Positions 1 to 11,621 of a stretch of DNA of 27,567 bases are shown in pieces. This DNA comes from Xanthobacteraceae bacterium. GTDB taxonomy: Bacteria > Pseudomonadota > Alphaproteobacteria > Rhizobiales > Xanthobacteraceae. The translations under genes were made by a program, and so were the position numbers. The stretch spans positions 1-27,567 of the forward strand of contig JBPYFG010000403.1 in assembly GCA_051986365.1 (NCBI GenBank), read 5' to 3'. The notes beneath the pieces were generated by a model. The model had not been told where the DNA came from, made no database searches, and saw only the letters and a program-made list of their open reading frames with translations. Each line of letters starts with the position of its first letter. The first letter of the stretch is position 1.

Positions 1-45
1 AACCATTGTGTACTGAGGGACCCGCCGCTTCGGGGAGTACCAGGT

Positions 46-1638
46 TTGAAACGACCTTTCGCTCGCGCGCTGCTGGCGTCTGCGGCTATTGCCGCTGCGA
101 TTGCTCTGGCCGGCTGTGACGCTGAAAGCATTTCTCCCACGGGCCGGGCAAAGGCCCCATTGTCCGAAAAGATGGTCGCCGAGATCGCGGCGAAAAACAT
201 GGACAAAGAGTCTCCGATTCTCGGTCGAATCTTCAAAGAAGAGTCGGAAATGGAGATCTGGAAGCAGAATCGCGACGGCGAGTTCGTTCTGCTGAAGACC
301 TATCCGATTTGCCGCTGGTCCGGCGATCTCGGCCCCAAGAAAAAGGAAGGTGACCGGCAGGCGCCAGAGGGGTTCTACACGATCACGCCCGGCCAGATGA
401 ATCCGAACTCCAGCTACTATCTGGCGTTCAACACCGGTTTCCCGAACGCCTATGACCGTGCAATGGGCTACACGGGTGGGGAACTGATGGTGCACGGCGA
501 TTGTTCATCGCGCGGCTGCTACGCCATGACCGATGAGCAGATCCAGGAAATTTACGCGTTGGCACGCGAGTCGTTCTTCGGCGGGCAAAAGGCATTTCAG
601 CTGCAGGCGTTTCCGTTCCGCATGACGCCGCTGAACATGGCGAAGCACCGCGACAATCCGAACTTCGCGTTCTGGAAAATGTTGAAAGAGGGCTACGACC
701 ATTTCAACGCCACGCACCGGGAACCGAAGGTCGCGGTTTGCGATCGGCGCTACGTTTTCGACCCGGCGGCGCCCGATGATTCCAGCAGGGCGCTCTCTTT
801 CAACCCGAAGAGCGCCTGCCCGGCCTATCAGCTCGACAAAAACGTCGCCGACGCGGTGCTCGATGTCCGGCGGCAAGAGCAGTCCAAAATGGCGCAGTAT
901 ATCGCCAGCGGCGTTGCAACCGCCCCGTCACGCGCCGGCATTGATGGCGGCATGAATCCGGTGTTCGTCGCAAAGCTTTCGCCGCAGAGCGGGTTCGATA
1001 ACAACGGTCGCTATCAGGTGGCCAGTGTTGCGCCCGGCGCGCTGCCGCGCGTGGAGAACGCGCCTGGCGCACTGCCACGCGACACCACGCCTCCGGCTGC
1101 AGCCGCAGAGGCTCCGGCCAAGACGGCTGCTCCAGCGAAGACTAGCGAGCCGACCGCCACGGCAAGCGTGCCGACGCCGCGGCCTGCGCCGCAGGCCAAG
1201 CCTGAGGAAGCCCCTGCCCCCGAGCGCAAGCCGACCACGATTGCCGGCTTGATCGGTGGCTGGTTCAGCGGCTCGAAAACCGAAACCACCGCCGCGGCAC
1301 CGGATAAGGAACAGCCTGCCACGCGCGCCACTGCCACGGATACAAAAGCGAAGCGCGCGGCTCCGGCCCGCACGCCAGCTCCGGCACCTGTGCAAAGCGC
1401 GCAGGCCGCGCCGGCGCCAAAGCAGCGTGAGGCCGCGCCGAAATGGCCGGAGCCTCCCGTCCGGACTGCGGCACCGGCACCAGCGCCAGCACCGGCAGTG
1501 GTGAAATCCGCCAAGGCCGAGCCGCCACAGCAATCGGAAATCCGGACCGCGTATACGACGCCGCCAGCAAGCAACAACGGCATGCTGACGGGCGCCCAGC
1601 CGGTGGTACCGGTTGGTTCGTTCAACAGCTTCCGGTAG
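46..1638 (+). CDS. Murein L,D-transpeptidase-fold lipoprotein (YafK/DpaA-like) with long Pro/Ala-rich C-terminal tail
   Basis: TTG start with GGGGAG SD at 32-37; lipobox ALAG-C after a hydrophobic stretch; YafK-type motifs GPKKKEGDRQAPEGFY, YYLAFNTGFPNAYD and the catalytic His/Cys segment MVHGDCSSRGCYAM; low-complexity tail from about residue 330. Confidence 0.88.
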   Translation: MKRPFARALLASAAIAAAIALAGCDAESISPTGRAKAPLSEKMVAEIAAKNMDKESPILGRIFKEESEMEIWKQNRDGEFVLLKTYPICRWSGDLGPKKKEGDRQAPEGFYTITPGQMNPNSSYYLAFNTGFPNAYDRAMGYTGGELMVHGDCSSRGCYAMTDEQIQEIYALARESFFGGQKAFQLQAFPFRMTPLNMAKHRDNPNFAFWKMLKEGYDHFNATHREPKVAVCDRRYVFDPAAPDDSSRALSFNPKSACPAYQLDKNVADAVLDVRRQEQSKMAQYIASGVATAPSRAGIDGGMNPVFVAKLSPQSGFDNNGRYQVASVAPGALPRVENAPGALPRDTTPPAAAAEAPAKTAAPAKTSEPTATASVPTPRPAPQAKPEEAPAPERKPTTIAGLIGGWFSGSKTETTAAAPDKEQPATRATATDTKAKRAAPARTPAPAPVQSAQAAPAPKQREAAPKWPEPPVRTAAPAPAPAPAVVKSAKAEPPQQSEIRTAYTTPPASNNGMLTGAQPVVPVGSFNSFR

Positions 1639-1665
1639 ACCTCTCAGCAGCAAGATGGACGAAAC

Positions 1666-1917
1666 ATGGACTGCTATGTCTATGTTCTCGGCACCGTCTC
1701 ACATAACCGCCATCTGACTTACGTCGGCTGGACCGACGACGTCGCGCGCCGCCTGACGCAACACAATTCCGGCAAGGGCGCACGTTCGACACGCGGCCGC
1801 ACATGGGTTCTGCTCTATTCCGAGCGGTGTGCCAGCAAACGCCACGCAATGAGTCGCGAGTGGCATCTCAAGCGTGACCGCAATTTTCGCAAGAAGCTGG
1901 CGTTAGGAATCAAATAG
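1666..1917 (+). CDS. GIY-YIG nuclease family protein (small UPF0213/YhbQ type)
   Basis: YVYVL...[28 protein letters not shown]...AMSREW pattern matches stand-alone ~85 aa GIY-YIG proteins. Confidence 0.88.
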   Translation: MDCYVYVLGTVSHNRHLTYVGWTDDVARRLTQHNSGKGARSTRGRTWVLLYSERCASKRHAMSREWHLKRDRNFRKKLALGIK

Positions 1918-1940
1918 TCGAATTCTCGGGTACCGACAGA

Positions 1941-2702
1941 ATGGCTGATGCCACGGTTTCAAAATTCACACGAGGCGGATACCGCTTTGTGAATGGCGTG
2001 TTCCAATATTCGGCCGGCGTCGCCGCCGAATCCGGGTTTGAGATCGTCCGCGCGCGTTTCGCAAAGGTTGTGCCGATCGAGAAAGGCTTCGAAAGGATCG
2101 AGACGCATCTCGCCAGCCTGGGCCGACCGATTTTCGCCTTTTGTGCATGCGAGCTGCGTTCGCCGCGCCCTTTCGACGATGCCGGCTTTCTTGCGTTCAA
2201 CAAAAGCTACGTCGAACCGTTGCGACAGTGGGGCATCGTCAAGGACGACGTAAATCCGATCGCCCGCAGCAATGTCTGTCCCGCGGTGAACCCGCCTTCC
2301 GAGCCGGGGTTTTATGCATTCTCCTATACCGTGCCCACGACCGCGTCCGCGGCGCCGACTTTCGTCATTGCCGGCAGCGGCGAAGCGCCGGAGGGCCGGC
2401 AAACCTATGGCGAAAGGGCGATTCGCATCGGCGAACACACTCCGGACGCGATCCGCGAGAAAGCACAATGGGTCTTGCGTGAGATGGAGCGACGGATGGC
2501 AGCGCTCGGGGTCACCTGGACCGATTCAACCGCAACGCATCTCTACACGATCTACGACATTCATCACATCATGGCCGACGAGATCGTCCGTCGCGGCGCC
2601 GCAAGCGCGGGACTGACCTGGCAATTTTGTCGTCCGCCGGTCGACGTGCTCGACTATGAAATGGACGTACGTGGCGTCCTTGCGGAAATCGTGCTGCCCT
2701 GA
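1941..2702 (+). CDS. CnbZ-like protein (2-amino-5-chloromuconate deaminase family; RidA/chorismatase-like fold)
   Basis: GGYRF..GVFQYSAGVAA..GFEI, AFCACELRSP.PF...GF..FN..YV..L..WG, NP.ARSNVCP and C-terminal RPPV..L.YEMDVRGV recalled from Comamonas CnbZ homologues; no search run. Confidence 0.7.
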   Translation: MADATVSKFTRGGYRFVNGVFQYSAGVAAESGFEIVRARFAKVVPIEKGFERIETHLASLGRPIFAFCACELRSPRPFDDAGFLAFNKSYVEPLRQWGIVKDDVNPIARSNVCPAVNPPSEPGFYAFSYTVPTTASAAPTFVIAGSGEAPEGRQTYGERAIRIGEHTPDAIREKAQWVLREMERRMAALGVTWTDSTATHLYTIYDIHHIMADEIVRRGAASAGLTWQFCRPPVDVLDYEMDVRGVLAEIVLP

Positions 2703-2708
2703 ACGGCG

Positions 2709-5504
<2,796 letters not shown>

Positions 5505-5692
5505 CGCATTATCCCTTCGAATCTCGGCTCATCCGGCAGATTTGACGACAACACGATTTTTTCCGGAAATCCGTTCCCGCTCTGCTCGGACGGTGCCGTC
5601 GTTGTCTCGCGGGCGACGCAAACCCAACGGGCGGAAAATACGGCGCTATTCGGGCGGTGACGCGGCGATTGAAACATCCCGATACAGGGCGA

Positions 5693-5721
5693 CAGATAGG
5701 AGGGGGTCGTTTTTTTGTCAA
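5693..5721 (-). promoter_or_regulatory. Putative sigma70 promoter of secA (TTGACA-N17-TATCTG)
   Basis: Minus strand reads TTGACA AAAAAACGACCCCCTCC TATCTG: perfect -35, 17-nt spacer, alphaproteobacterial-type CTAT -10; implies a TSS near 5686. Confidence 0.7.
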
Positions 5722-5945
5722 TGCAAACGGGTATTTTCACGCGATCGTTAGGCGCAGCCCGATTTCTCCCATTGCCAAGCCCCGGCCGATTGGGCGACTG
5801 TCCGCGCCGATCAAGGGTCGGCGCCTGGTCGCCGCCGCAGAACGGCGGGCTAATTCCAGCGGGCGTTCGCTGCCTCAACCGTTAGGCCGGCCAGTCGCGT
5901 AGGCCCGTGGTTAACGCTTCGGCCACAATGCCAAAGGATCACATT

Positions 5946-6818
5946 ATGTCTTTCCCTCATTCCTTCGCCGCCCGCTGGCTGGGTGCGGTTGCGCTTGCGG
6001 CACTGCTGACCGCGCCGGTCGCACGCGCTGAGGATTCCGACCCCGTCCTCGCCCGCGCCAACGGCGTCGATATCCGCCAGAGCGATCTTGCCTTGGCCGA
6101 AGAAGATATCGGATCGGCAATGCCGCAAATGGGTGCCGAGCAGAAACGCGACTATCTCATCACTTATCTTGCCGACGTCATCATCTTGGCGCAGGCCGCC
6201 GATCAGCATCAGCTCGCCAATCGCGGCGACGTCAAACAGCGCATCGAATTCGAGCGGCACAAAGCTCTGATGGAAGCGCTCCTGCAGGATGCCGGTAAAG
6301 CCGCGATGACGGACGATGCCCTGCACAAGGTCTATGATGAAGCGATCAAGCAGACCCCGAACGAGCAAGAAGTCCACGCCCGGCATATTCTGGTCGCGAC
6401 GGAAGGTGAGGCCAAAGATATCGAGGCGCAGCTGAAGAGCGGCGCGGATTTCGCCACGCTGGCGAAGCAAAAATCCAAGGACCCAGGCGCGGCCGAAGGC
6501 GGCGATCTCGGCTATTTCACCAAGGATCAAATGGTGCCGGAATTCGCCGAAGCCGCGTTCAAGCTCGACAAGGGCCAGATCTCGGATCCGGTCAAGACGC
6601 AATTCGGCTGGCACATCATTAAGGTCGAAGACAAGCGCATCAAGCCGACGCCCACCTATGATGAGGTTAAAGGGCAGCTCCAGAACTACGTCGCGCGTCG
6701 CGCGCAGGCCGAGCTTGTCGATAATCTGCGCAAATCGGCAACGATCGAGCGCCTCGACCAGCCTGCCGGCCAGGCCAATCCCTCCGTGCTTAATCCCGCC
6801 GCGCCGGCAAAGAAGTGA
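5946..6818 (+). CDS. Parvulin-type peptidyl-prolyl cis-trans isomerase (PpiC/PrsA-like), exported
   Basis: Signal peptide ending APVARA-E; VHARHILV, FATLAKQKSKD, GGDLGYF...MVPEFAEAAF, SDPVKTQFGWHIIKV motifs; start moved to ATG 5946 because AAGGA SD lies upstream; usual secA/argJ neighbour. Confidence 0.93.
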   Translation: MSFPHSFAARWLGAVALAALLTAPVARAEDSDPVLARANGVDIRQSDLALAEEDIGSAMPQMGAEQKRDYLITYLADVIILAQAADQHQLANRGDVKQRIEFERHKALMEALLQDAGKAAMTDDALHKVYDEAIKQTPNEQEVHARHILVATEGEAKDIEAQLKSGADFATLAKQKSKDPGAAEGGDLGYFTKDQMVPEFAEAAFKLDKGQISDPVKTQFGWHIIKVEDKRIKPTPTYDEVKGQLQNYVARRAQAELVDNLRKSATIERLDQPAGQANPSVLNPAAPAKK

Positions 6819-6845
6819 TTGGCCCTTGCGGGGCGCGCAAAAAAG

Positions 6846-6965
6846 CGTCATTCCGGCCGATCGAAGCGAGTGCCGGAATCCATAGTCCCAGTATTCGAGA
6901 CTGACCGCTGACGCTGGGATTGTGGATTCCGGGCTCGCGAGCATCGCTCGCGCCCCCGGAATGAC
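6846..6965. repeat. CGTC-tagged REP-like composite palindrome (inverted dimer)
   Basis: Starts CGTC; terminal inverted repeat GTCATTCCGG (6847-6856)/CCGGAATGAC (6956-6965); inner stem CCGGAATCCATAGTCCCAG/CTGGGATTGTGGATTCCGG; side hairpin GCGAGC-ATC-GCTCGC. Confidence 0.85.
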
Positions 6966-6969
6966 CAGT

Positions 6970-8202
6970 ATGTCCTCAAACATCTCTCCGCTCGCGCCCA
7001 AAACGACACCGCACCTGCCGACCATTGCCGGCGTGCGGCTGGCCACAGCACAGGCCGGCATTCGCTATCGCGACCGCACCGACGTGATGCTCGCGGTGTT
7101 TGAGCCGCAAACCAGCGTTGCCGGCGTATTCACCCGCTCGAAATGCCCCTCGGCACCGGTTGAATGGTGCCGCGCACAGATCAAGGGCGGCAAGGCGCGC
7201 GCGCTGGTGGTCAATTCTGGCAATGCCAATGCTTTCACCGGCAAAAGCGGCCGGCAGGCTTGTGCACTGACGGCCAAATTTGCGGCGGCGGCGATCGGCT
7301 GCAAGAGCGTCGAGGTCTTTCTCGCTTCGACCGGCGTGATCGGCGAGCCGCTCAATGCGCAAGCCTTCGGTCGCGTCATGGCCGGCCTCGCCGCCGCAGC
7401 CCGCCCGGACGGCTACGGCGATGCGGCCAAGGCCATCATGACGACCGACACATTCCCGAAACTGGCGACGGCGCGCGCGCGGCTGCGCGGTACGGATGTC
7501 ACTATCAACGGCTTCGCCAAGGGCGCCGGCATGATCGCGCCGGATATGGCGACCATGCTCGCTTTCATCTTCACCGACGCGCCCATTGCTGCTCCCGTGC
7601 TGCAGTCGGTATTACGCGAGGGCGTGACCGATACGTTCAACGCCGTCACCATTGACGGTGACACCTCAACCTCGGACACCGTGCTGGCCTTTGCGACCGG
7701 CGCAGCGTCGACGCCGCGGATCAGCCGCAGCAGTGACCCGCGGCTCATCCCCTTTCGCAAGGCATTCGCCGGCGTCCTGGCCAATCTCGCCGAGCAAATT
7801 GCCCGCGACGGTGAAGGCGCGCGCAAGCTTGTCGAGATCATCGTTGAGGGCGCGGTGTCCAAAGCTTCGGCGCGCCGCATCGCGCTCTCAATCGCCAATT
7901 CGCCGCTGGTCAAAACCGCGATTGCCGGAGAGGACGCGAATTGGGGCCGCGTGGTGATGGCTGTCGGCAAGGCCGGCGAGCCGGCCGATCGCGACCGGCT
8001 GTCGATTTGGTTCGGCGGTATTCGCCTCGCGCATAAAGGCGCGCGCGATCACGCTTACGATGAAGCGGCGGTTTCCGCGGCAATGAAGCGGCCGGAAATC
8101 AGCCTCAAAGTCGCGCTCGGACTCGGCAAGGGTCGCGATCGTGTGCTCACCTGCGACCTGACCAAAGAGTATGTCGCAATCAACGGGGATTATCGAAGTT
8201 GA
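6970..8202 (+). CDS. argJ: Bifunctional ornithine acetyltransferase/N-acetylglutamate synthase
   Basis: [36 protein letters not shown]|TML autocleavage site, [38 protein letters not shown] end. Start at 6970 (alternative 6961). Confidence 0.98.
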   Translation: MSSNISPLAPKTTPHLPTIAGVRLATAQAGIRYRDRTDVMLAVFEPQTSVAGVFTRSKCPSAPVEWCRAQIKGGKARALVVNSGNANAFTGKSGRQACALTAKFAAAAIGCKSVEVFLASTGVIGEPLNAQAFGRVMAGLAAAARPDGYGDAAKAIMTTDTFPKLATARARLRGTDVTINGFAKGAGMIAPDMATMLAFIFTDAPIAAPVLQSVLREGVTDTFNAVTIDGDTSTSDTVLAFATGAASTPRISRSSDPRLIPFRKAFAGVLANLAEQIARDGEGARKLVEIIVEGAVSKASARRIALSIANSPLVKTAIAGEDANWGRVVMAVGKAGEPADRDRLSIWFGGIRLAHKGARDHAYDEAAVSAAMKRPEISLKVALGLGKGRDRVLTCDLTKEYVAINGDYRS

Positions 8203-9095
8203 ACGCGACTCTCAAACGCGTCCAAACCTCGGTGCTTGAGGTCGCTTACGAGGAAAGCGGCATCGCGCGCGGCGCGCCGGTCTTTCTCATGCACGGCTGG
8301 CCGTATGATCCCCGCTGCTACGATGCGGTTATCGCGCCGCTCGCCGCTGGCGGCGCGCGCGTGATCGTGCCTTACCTGCGCGGTTTCGGACCGACGCGTT
8401 TTCTTGCCGAAACCACGCCGCGCTCGGGCCAGCAGGCTGCGCTCGGCAACGATCTGCGCGAATTGATGGATGCGCTTTCTATCGATCGCGCCGTACTTGC
8501 CGGTTACGACTGGGGCGGCCGCGGCGCCTGCATCGTGGCGGCGCTGTGGCCAGAGCGCGTGCGCGGCCTGGTAACGGTCAACGCCTACAATATTCAAAAT
8601 ATTCCCGGCGCCGGAAAACCGACCGCGCCGGCGCAGGAACACCGGCTCTGGTATCAATGGTATTTTCAGATGGAGCGCGGACGCGCTGGAGTCGAGGCCA
8701 ATCGGCGCGAACTGTGCCGGTTGCTGTGGCGATTGTGGTCGCCGCACTGGTCATTCGACGACGCAACATTTGAGCGCAGTGCAACATCGTTCGACAACCC
8801 CGATTTTGTCGCGGTGACGATCCATTCCTACCGCCATCGCTACGGCAACGCCGCCGGCGATCTCACGCTCGATGCGATCGAACGGCGGCTCGCGCAACAA
8901 CCCAAAATCACAGTGCCGACCATCGCCTTGCAGGGCGAGGCCGACGGCGTCCATCCGCCCGACAGCTCCGCGCATCACAACGCTTTCTTCACTGGGCCCT
9001 ATCAGCGGCGTCTGATGCCGCGGATCGGGCACAACCCGCCGCAGGAAGATCCAAAAAGCTTCACCGATGCCGTTCTCGAAATGATGCGGATCTAG
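8199..9095 (+). CDS. Alpha/beta hydrolase (epoxide hydrolase-like)
   Basis: HGWP oxyanion motif, PYLRGFG, GYDWGG Asp nucleophile elbow, WYQWYF cap, GHNPPQE catalytic His; TTG start overlaps argJ stop. Confidence 0.9.
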   Translation: MNATLKRVQTSVLEVAYEESGIARGAPVFLMHGWPYDPRCYDAVIAPLAAGGARVIVPYLRGFGPTRFLAETTPRSGQQAALGNDLRELMDALSIDRAVLAGYDWGGRGACIVAALWPERVRGLVTVNAYNIQNIPGAGKPTAPAQEHRLWYQWYFQMERGRAGVEANRRELCRLLWRLWSPHWSFDDATFERSATSFDNPDFVAVTIHSYRHRYGNAAGDLTLDAIERRLAQQPKITVPTIALQGEADGVHPPDSSAHHNAFFTGPYQRRLMPRIGHNPPQEDPKSFTDAVLEMMRI

Positions 9096-9118
9096 GCGAT
9101 GACGCCGATGAGAAGCCC

Positions 9119-9523
9119 GTGACCGTCAAGCTTGTGCTCGTCGCCGCCTGCGCATTGATCGACACCGATGGCCGGGTCCTGATCGCGCAACGCCCCTCGG
9201 GTAAGACCATGGCCGGGTTGTGGGAGTTTCCCGGCGGCAAGGTCGAATCCGGCGAACGGCCAGAGCAATGTCTCATTCGCGAACTCAAAGAGGAATTGGG
9301 AATAACGGTGAAAGAAGATTGTCTCGCACCGCTGACATTTGCGAGCCACCTTTATCCTGACTTCTATCTGCTCATGCCGCTCTATGTGTGCCGGCGCTGG
9401 GACGGGTTCGTCGCGGCCAAGGAGGCACAGCAGCTGAAATGGGTACCGCCGCACGAACTGCGCCGATATCCGATGCCGCCGGCCGACGAGCCGCTGATCG
9501 CACACCTTGCTGCGCTGATTTAG
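9119..9523 (+). CDS. mutT: 8-oxo-dGTP diphosphatase MutT (Nudix hydrolase)
   Basis: Nudix box GGKVESGERPEQCLIRELKEELG, WEFPGG, LAPLTFASH, PMPPAD; usual position after argJ. Confidence 0.92.
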   Translation: MTVKLVLVAACALIDTDGRVLIAQRPSGKTMAGLWEFPGGKVESGERPEQCLIRELKEELGITVKEDCLAPLTFASHLYPDFYLLMPLYVCRRWDGFVAAKEAQQLKWVPPHELRRYPMPPADEPLIAHLAALI

Positions 9524-9550
9524 CCGGATACGAAAGCCGCGGCTCATGCG

Positions 9551-10435
9551 TCAGCGGCCGGTCTTCTCTCCGGCCGAAATCTCGCGCGTGCCAAGGGCGT
9601 CGGCCAGCCGCGCCTTTGCCGATCCGGGTCGCAGCGGCTGTTGTTGATTCGGATGCGGCGCCCAGCCCGACAGCCACAGAATATCGAAGGTCGCCCGCAT
9701 GCGCCCATCGGCATCGGCGAAATGCCGGGCATAGATGTCGGCCATCTGCATCAGCGTCGCACGCCGCAGCGGCACACGACGGCGTGCCACGAGCGCATTG
9801 GTTGCCCCCATGCGCCGCAGATCGTGCATCAGATCGAAGGCCGAGTTGTAACGCACCGTCACGCGCTCGACATCGGTCACCGGCAAGGCGAATCCGGCGC
9901 GCTGCAGCAAAGCGCCGACTTGCCGCAGATCGGCGAATGGCGCCACGCGCGGCGAGGCGCCGCCTTCGATTTCGCTTTCGGCCTCGGCAAAGGCTTGCCG
10001 CAGCTCGGTGAGTGTTTCGCCGCCAAACAGCGCCGCCACAAACAAACCGTCGGGCTTGAGCGCGCGGCGGATTTGCGCCAGCACACCCGGCAAGTCATTG
10101 GCAAAGTGCAGCGCCAGGCCGGACACAACGAGATCGAGGCTGGCGTCACGAAACGGAAGCGCCTCCTCGTCGGCGATCACAAATGGCTTGTCGCGGGCGA
10201 TCATGTCGACGCCCACGATCATCCCCACCGCGCCAAGCCGGCGCAGCGCTATGCGCGCTGCGTCGCCGGGCGTGCCAAGATCGACCCCGACATCGAAATG
10301 GCGCAGCACCACGCTTAAACGATCGACGAGCTCGCCGGCGACATGATCGAGCAAAAAATTCGATAGCGATGCCGCGGCGCGGAAGCGGCGCCGGCGCTGC
10401 AGCAAGCGATCGAAGATGATCGGGCTTTCGGTCAT
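9551..10435 (-). CDS. SAM-dependent methyltransferase (BioC/NDUFAF5-like)
   Basis: IFDR N-terminus, DEEALPF...SLDLVVS.LALHFANDLPG.L..I...LKPDG, GGETL.ELR, RVAPF, DL..MG.TNA; divergent from comF as usual. Confidence 0.88.
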   Translation of the reverse strand: MTESPIIFDRLLQRRRRFRAAASLSNFLLDHVAGELVDRLSVVLRHFDVGVDLGTPGDAARIALRRLGAVGMIVGVDMIARDKPFVIADEEALPFRDASLDLVVSGLALHFANDLPGVLAQIRRALKPDGLFVAALFGGETLTELRQAFAEAESEIEGGASPRVAPFADLRQVGALLQRAGFALPVTDVERVTVRYNSAFDLMHDLRRMGATNALVARRRVPLRRATLMQMADIYARHFADADGRMRATFDILWLSGWAPHPNQQQPLRPGSAKARLADALGTREISAGEKTGR

Positions 10436-10536
10436 TTATCTCTCTACCACGAGAGTCATTGTCTCATGTTCCGCAGCATGTGTCGCCACGATGGCCCGAT
10501 GACAACGGCCGTCGAGATCGATAGCGTGACGTTTTA

Positions 10537-11325
10537 ATGTTGTCCGCAAGCAAGATTCTCCCCGCTCCGTTGCAGCGTGTTGGCAGTGCCGCCCATTCGG
10601 CGTTGCGCCGCGTGCTCGATCTCGCGCTGCCGCCATTGTGTGCGGCGTGCCGCGAGCCCGTCGAAGGCCGCGGCCTCTGTCCGGCATGTTGGTCGAAACT
10701 GTCATTCATCACGCGGCCCTATTGCGAGCGGCTCGGCACGCCCTTCGTCTATGACCCCGGACCGGGCATCTTGTCGATGGAAGCCATCGCCGATCCGCCG
10801 GCCTACAACCGTGCTCGCGCCGTGGTGCGTTTCGACGAGACTTCCCGGGCGCTGGTGCACGCACTCAAATATGGCGATCGGCTTGATCTTGCACCCATGA
10901 TGGGCCGCTGGATCGGTCAGGCTGGGCGCGAACTCCTGGCCGAGGCCGATGCGCTCGTTCCAGTGCCGCTGCATTGGCGGCGCCTATGGGCGCGGCGTTT
11001 CAATCAATCCGCCATGCTGGCCGCGGCAGTATCACGCCAAACCGGCGTGCCGGTCGCTGCCGGCGCGCTCAAGCGGATCAAGCCAACTGCCCAGCAGGTT
11101 GGGCTGTCGCGGACCGAACGAGCTGCCAATGTCCAAGGCGCGTTTCGTGTGCCCGGCGACGGCAAGGCCGCCGTGACCGGCCGCCGCCTAGTGCTCATTG
11201 ACGACGTGCTGACATCGGGGGCAACCGTCGACGGCTGTGCGCGAGCGCTGCTCCGCGCCGGTGCCGCCAATGTCGATGTACTGGTTTTTGCCAGGGTTGC
11301 CGAGCCGGCACGAACGTCCATATAA
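10537..11325 (+). CDS. comF: ComF family protein (zinc ribbon plus phosphoribosyltransferase domain)
   Basis: LPPLCAAC...LCPACW zinc ribbon, LKYGDR, PVPLHWRRLW.RRFNQS, VLIDDVLTSGATV PRT motif. Confidence 0.9.
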   Translation: MLSASKILPAPLQRVGSAAHSALRRVLDLALPPLCAACREPVEGRGLCPACWSKLSFITRPYCERLGTPFVYDPGPGILSMEAIADPPAYNRARAVVRFDETSRALVHALKYGDRLDLAPMMGRWIGQAGRELLAEADALVPVPLHWRRLWARRFNQSAMLAAAVSRQTGVPVAAGALKRIKPTAQQVGLSRTERAANVQGAFRVPGDGKAAVTGRRLVLIDDVLTSGATVDGCARALLRAGAANVDVLVFARVAEPARTSI

Positions 11326-11351
11326 GACTTTGCTAAAAATTGCGACCGATC

Positions 11352-11621
11352 ATGGCCGATATCGATATTTATACGGTTCGATACTGCCCCTATTGCCAGG
11401 ACGCCAAGGAGCTCCTTTCGCGCAAAGGCGTGGGCTACCATGAGATTGATGTCACTGGAAAACGGGACGTTCGCAAGGAAATGATCAAGCGCGCCAACGG
11501 CCGGAGCACCTACCCGCAGATTTTCATCGGCGCGACCCATGTCGGCGGTTGCGACGATCTTTATGCGCTGGAAGAAGCGGGCAAGCTCGATTCGCTGCTG
11601 GCCGAGGCGAAGCACCCATGA
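11352..11621 (+). CDS. grxC: Glutaredoxin 3
   Basis: CPYC active site, TYPQIFIG, HVGGCDDLYAL; start taken at ATG 11352. Confidence 0.95.
   Translation: MADIDIYTVRYCPYCQDAKELLSRKGVGYHEIDVTGKRDVRKEMIKRANGRSTYPQIFIGATHVGGCDDLYALEEAGKLDSLLAEAKHP

Noticed and set aside
1666-1917. GIY-YIG gene as the mobiliser of the REP-like elements
   Set aside because: It is not flanked by palindromic repeats and looks like the ordinary housekeeping UPF0213 type.
5552-5577. GGAAC-N17-CGTG in the secA leader as a possible EcfG promoter
   Set aside because: The -10 lacks the conserved terminal TT, and a good sigma70 promoter already explains secA transcription.
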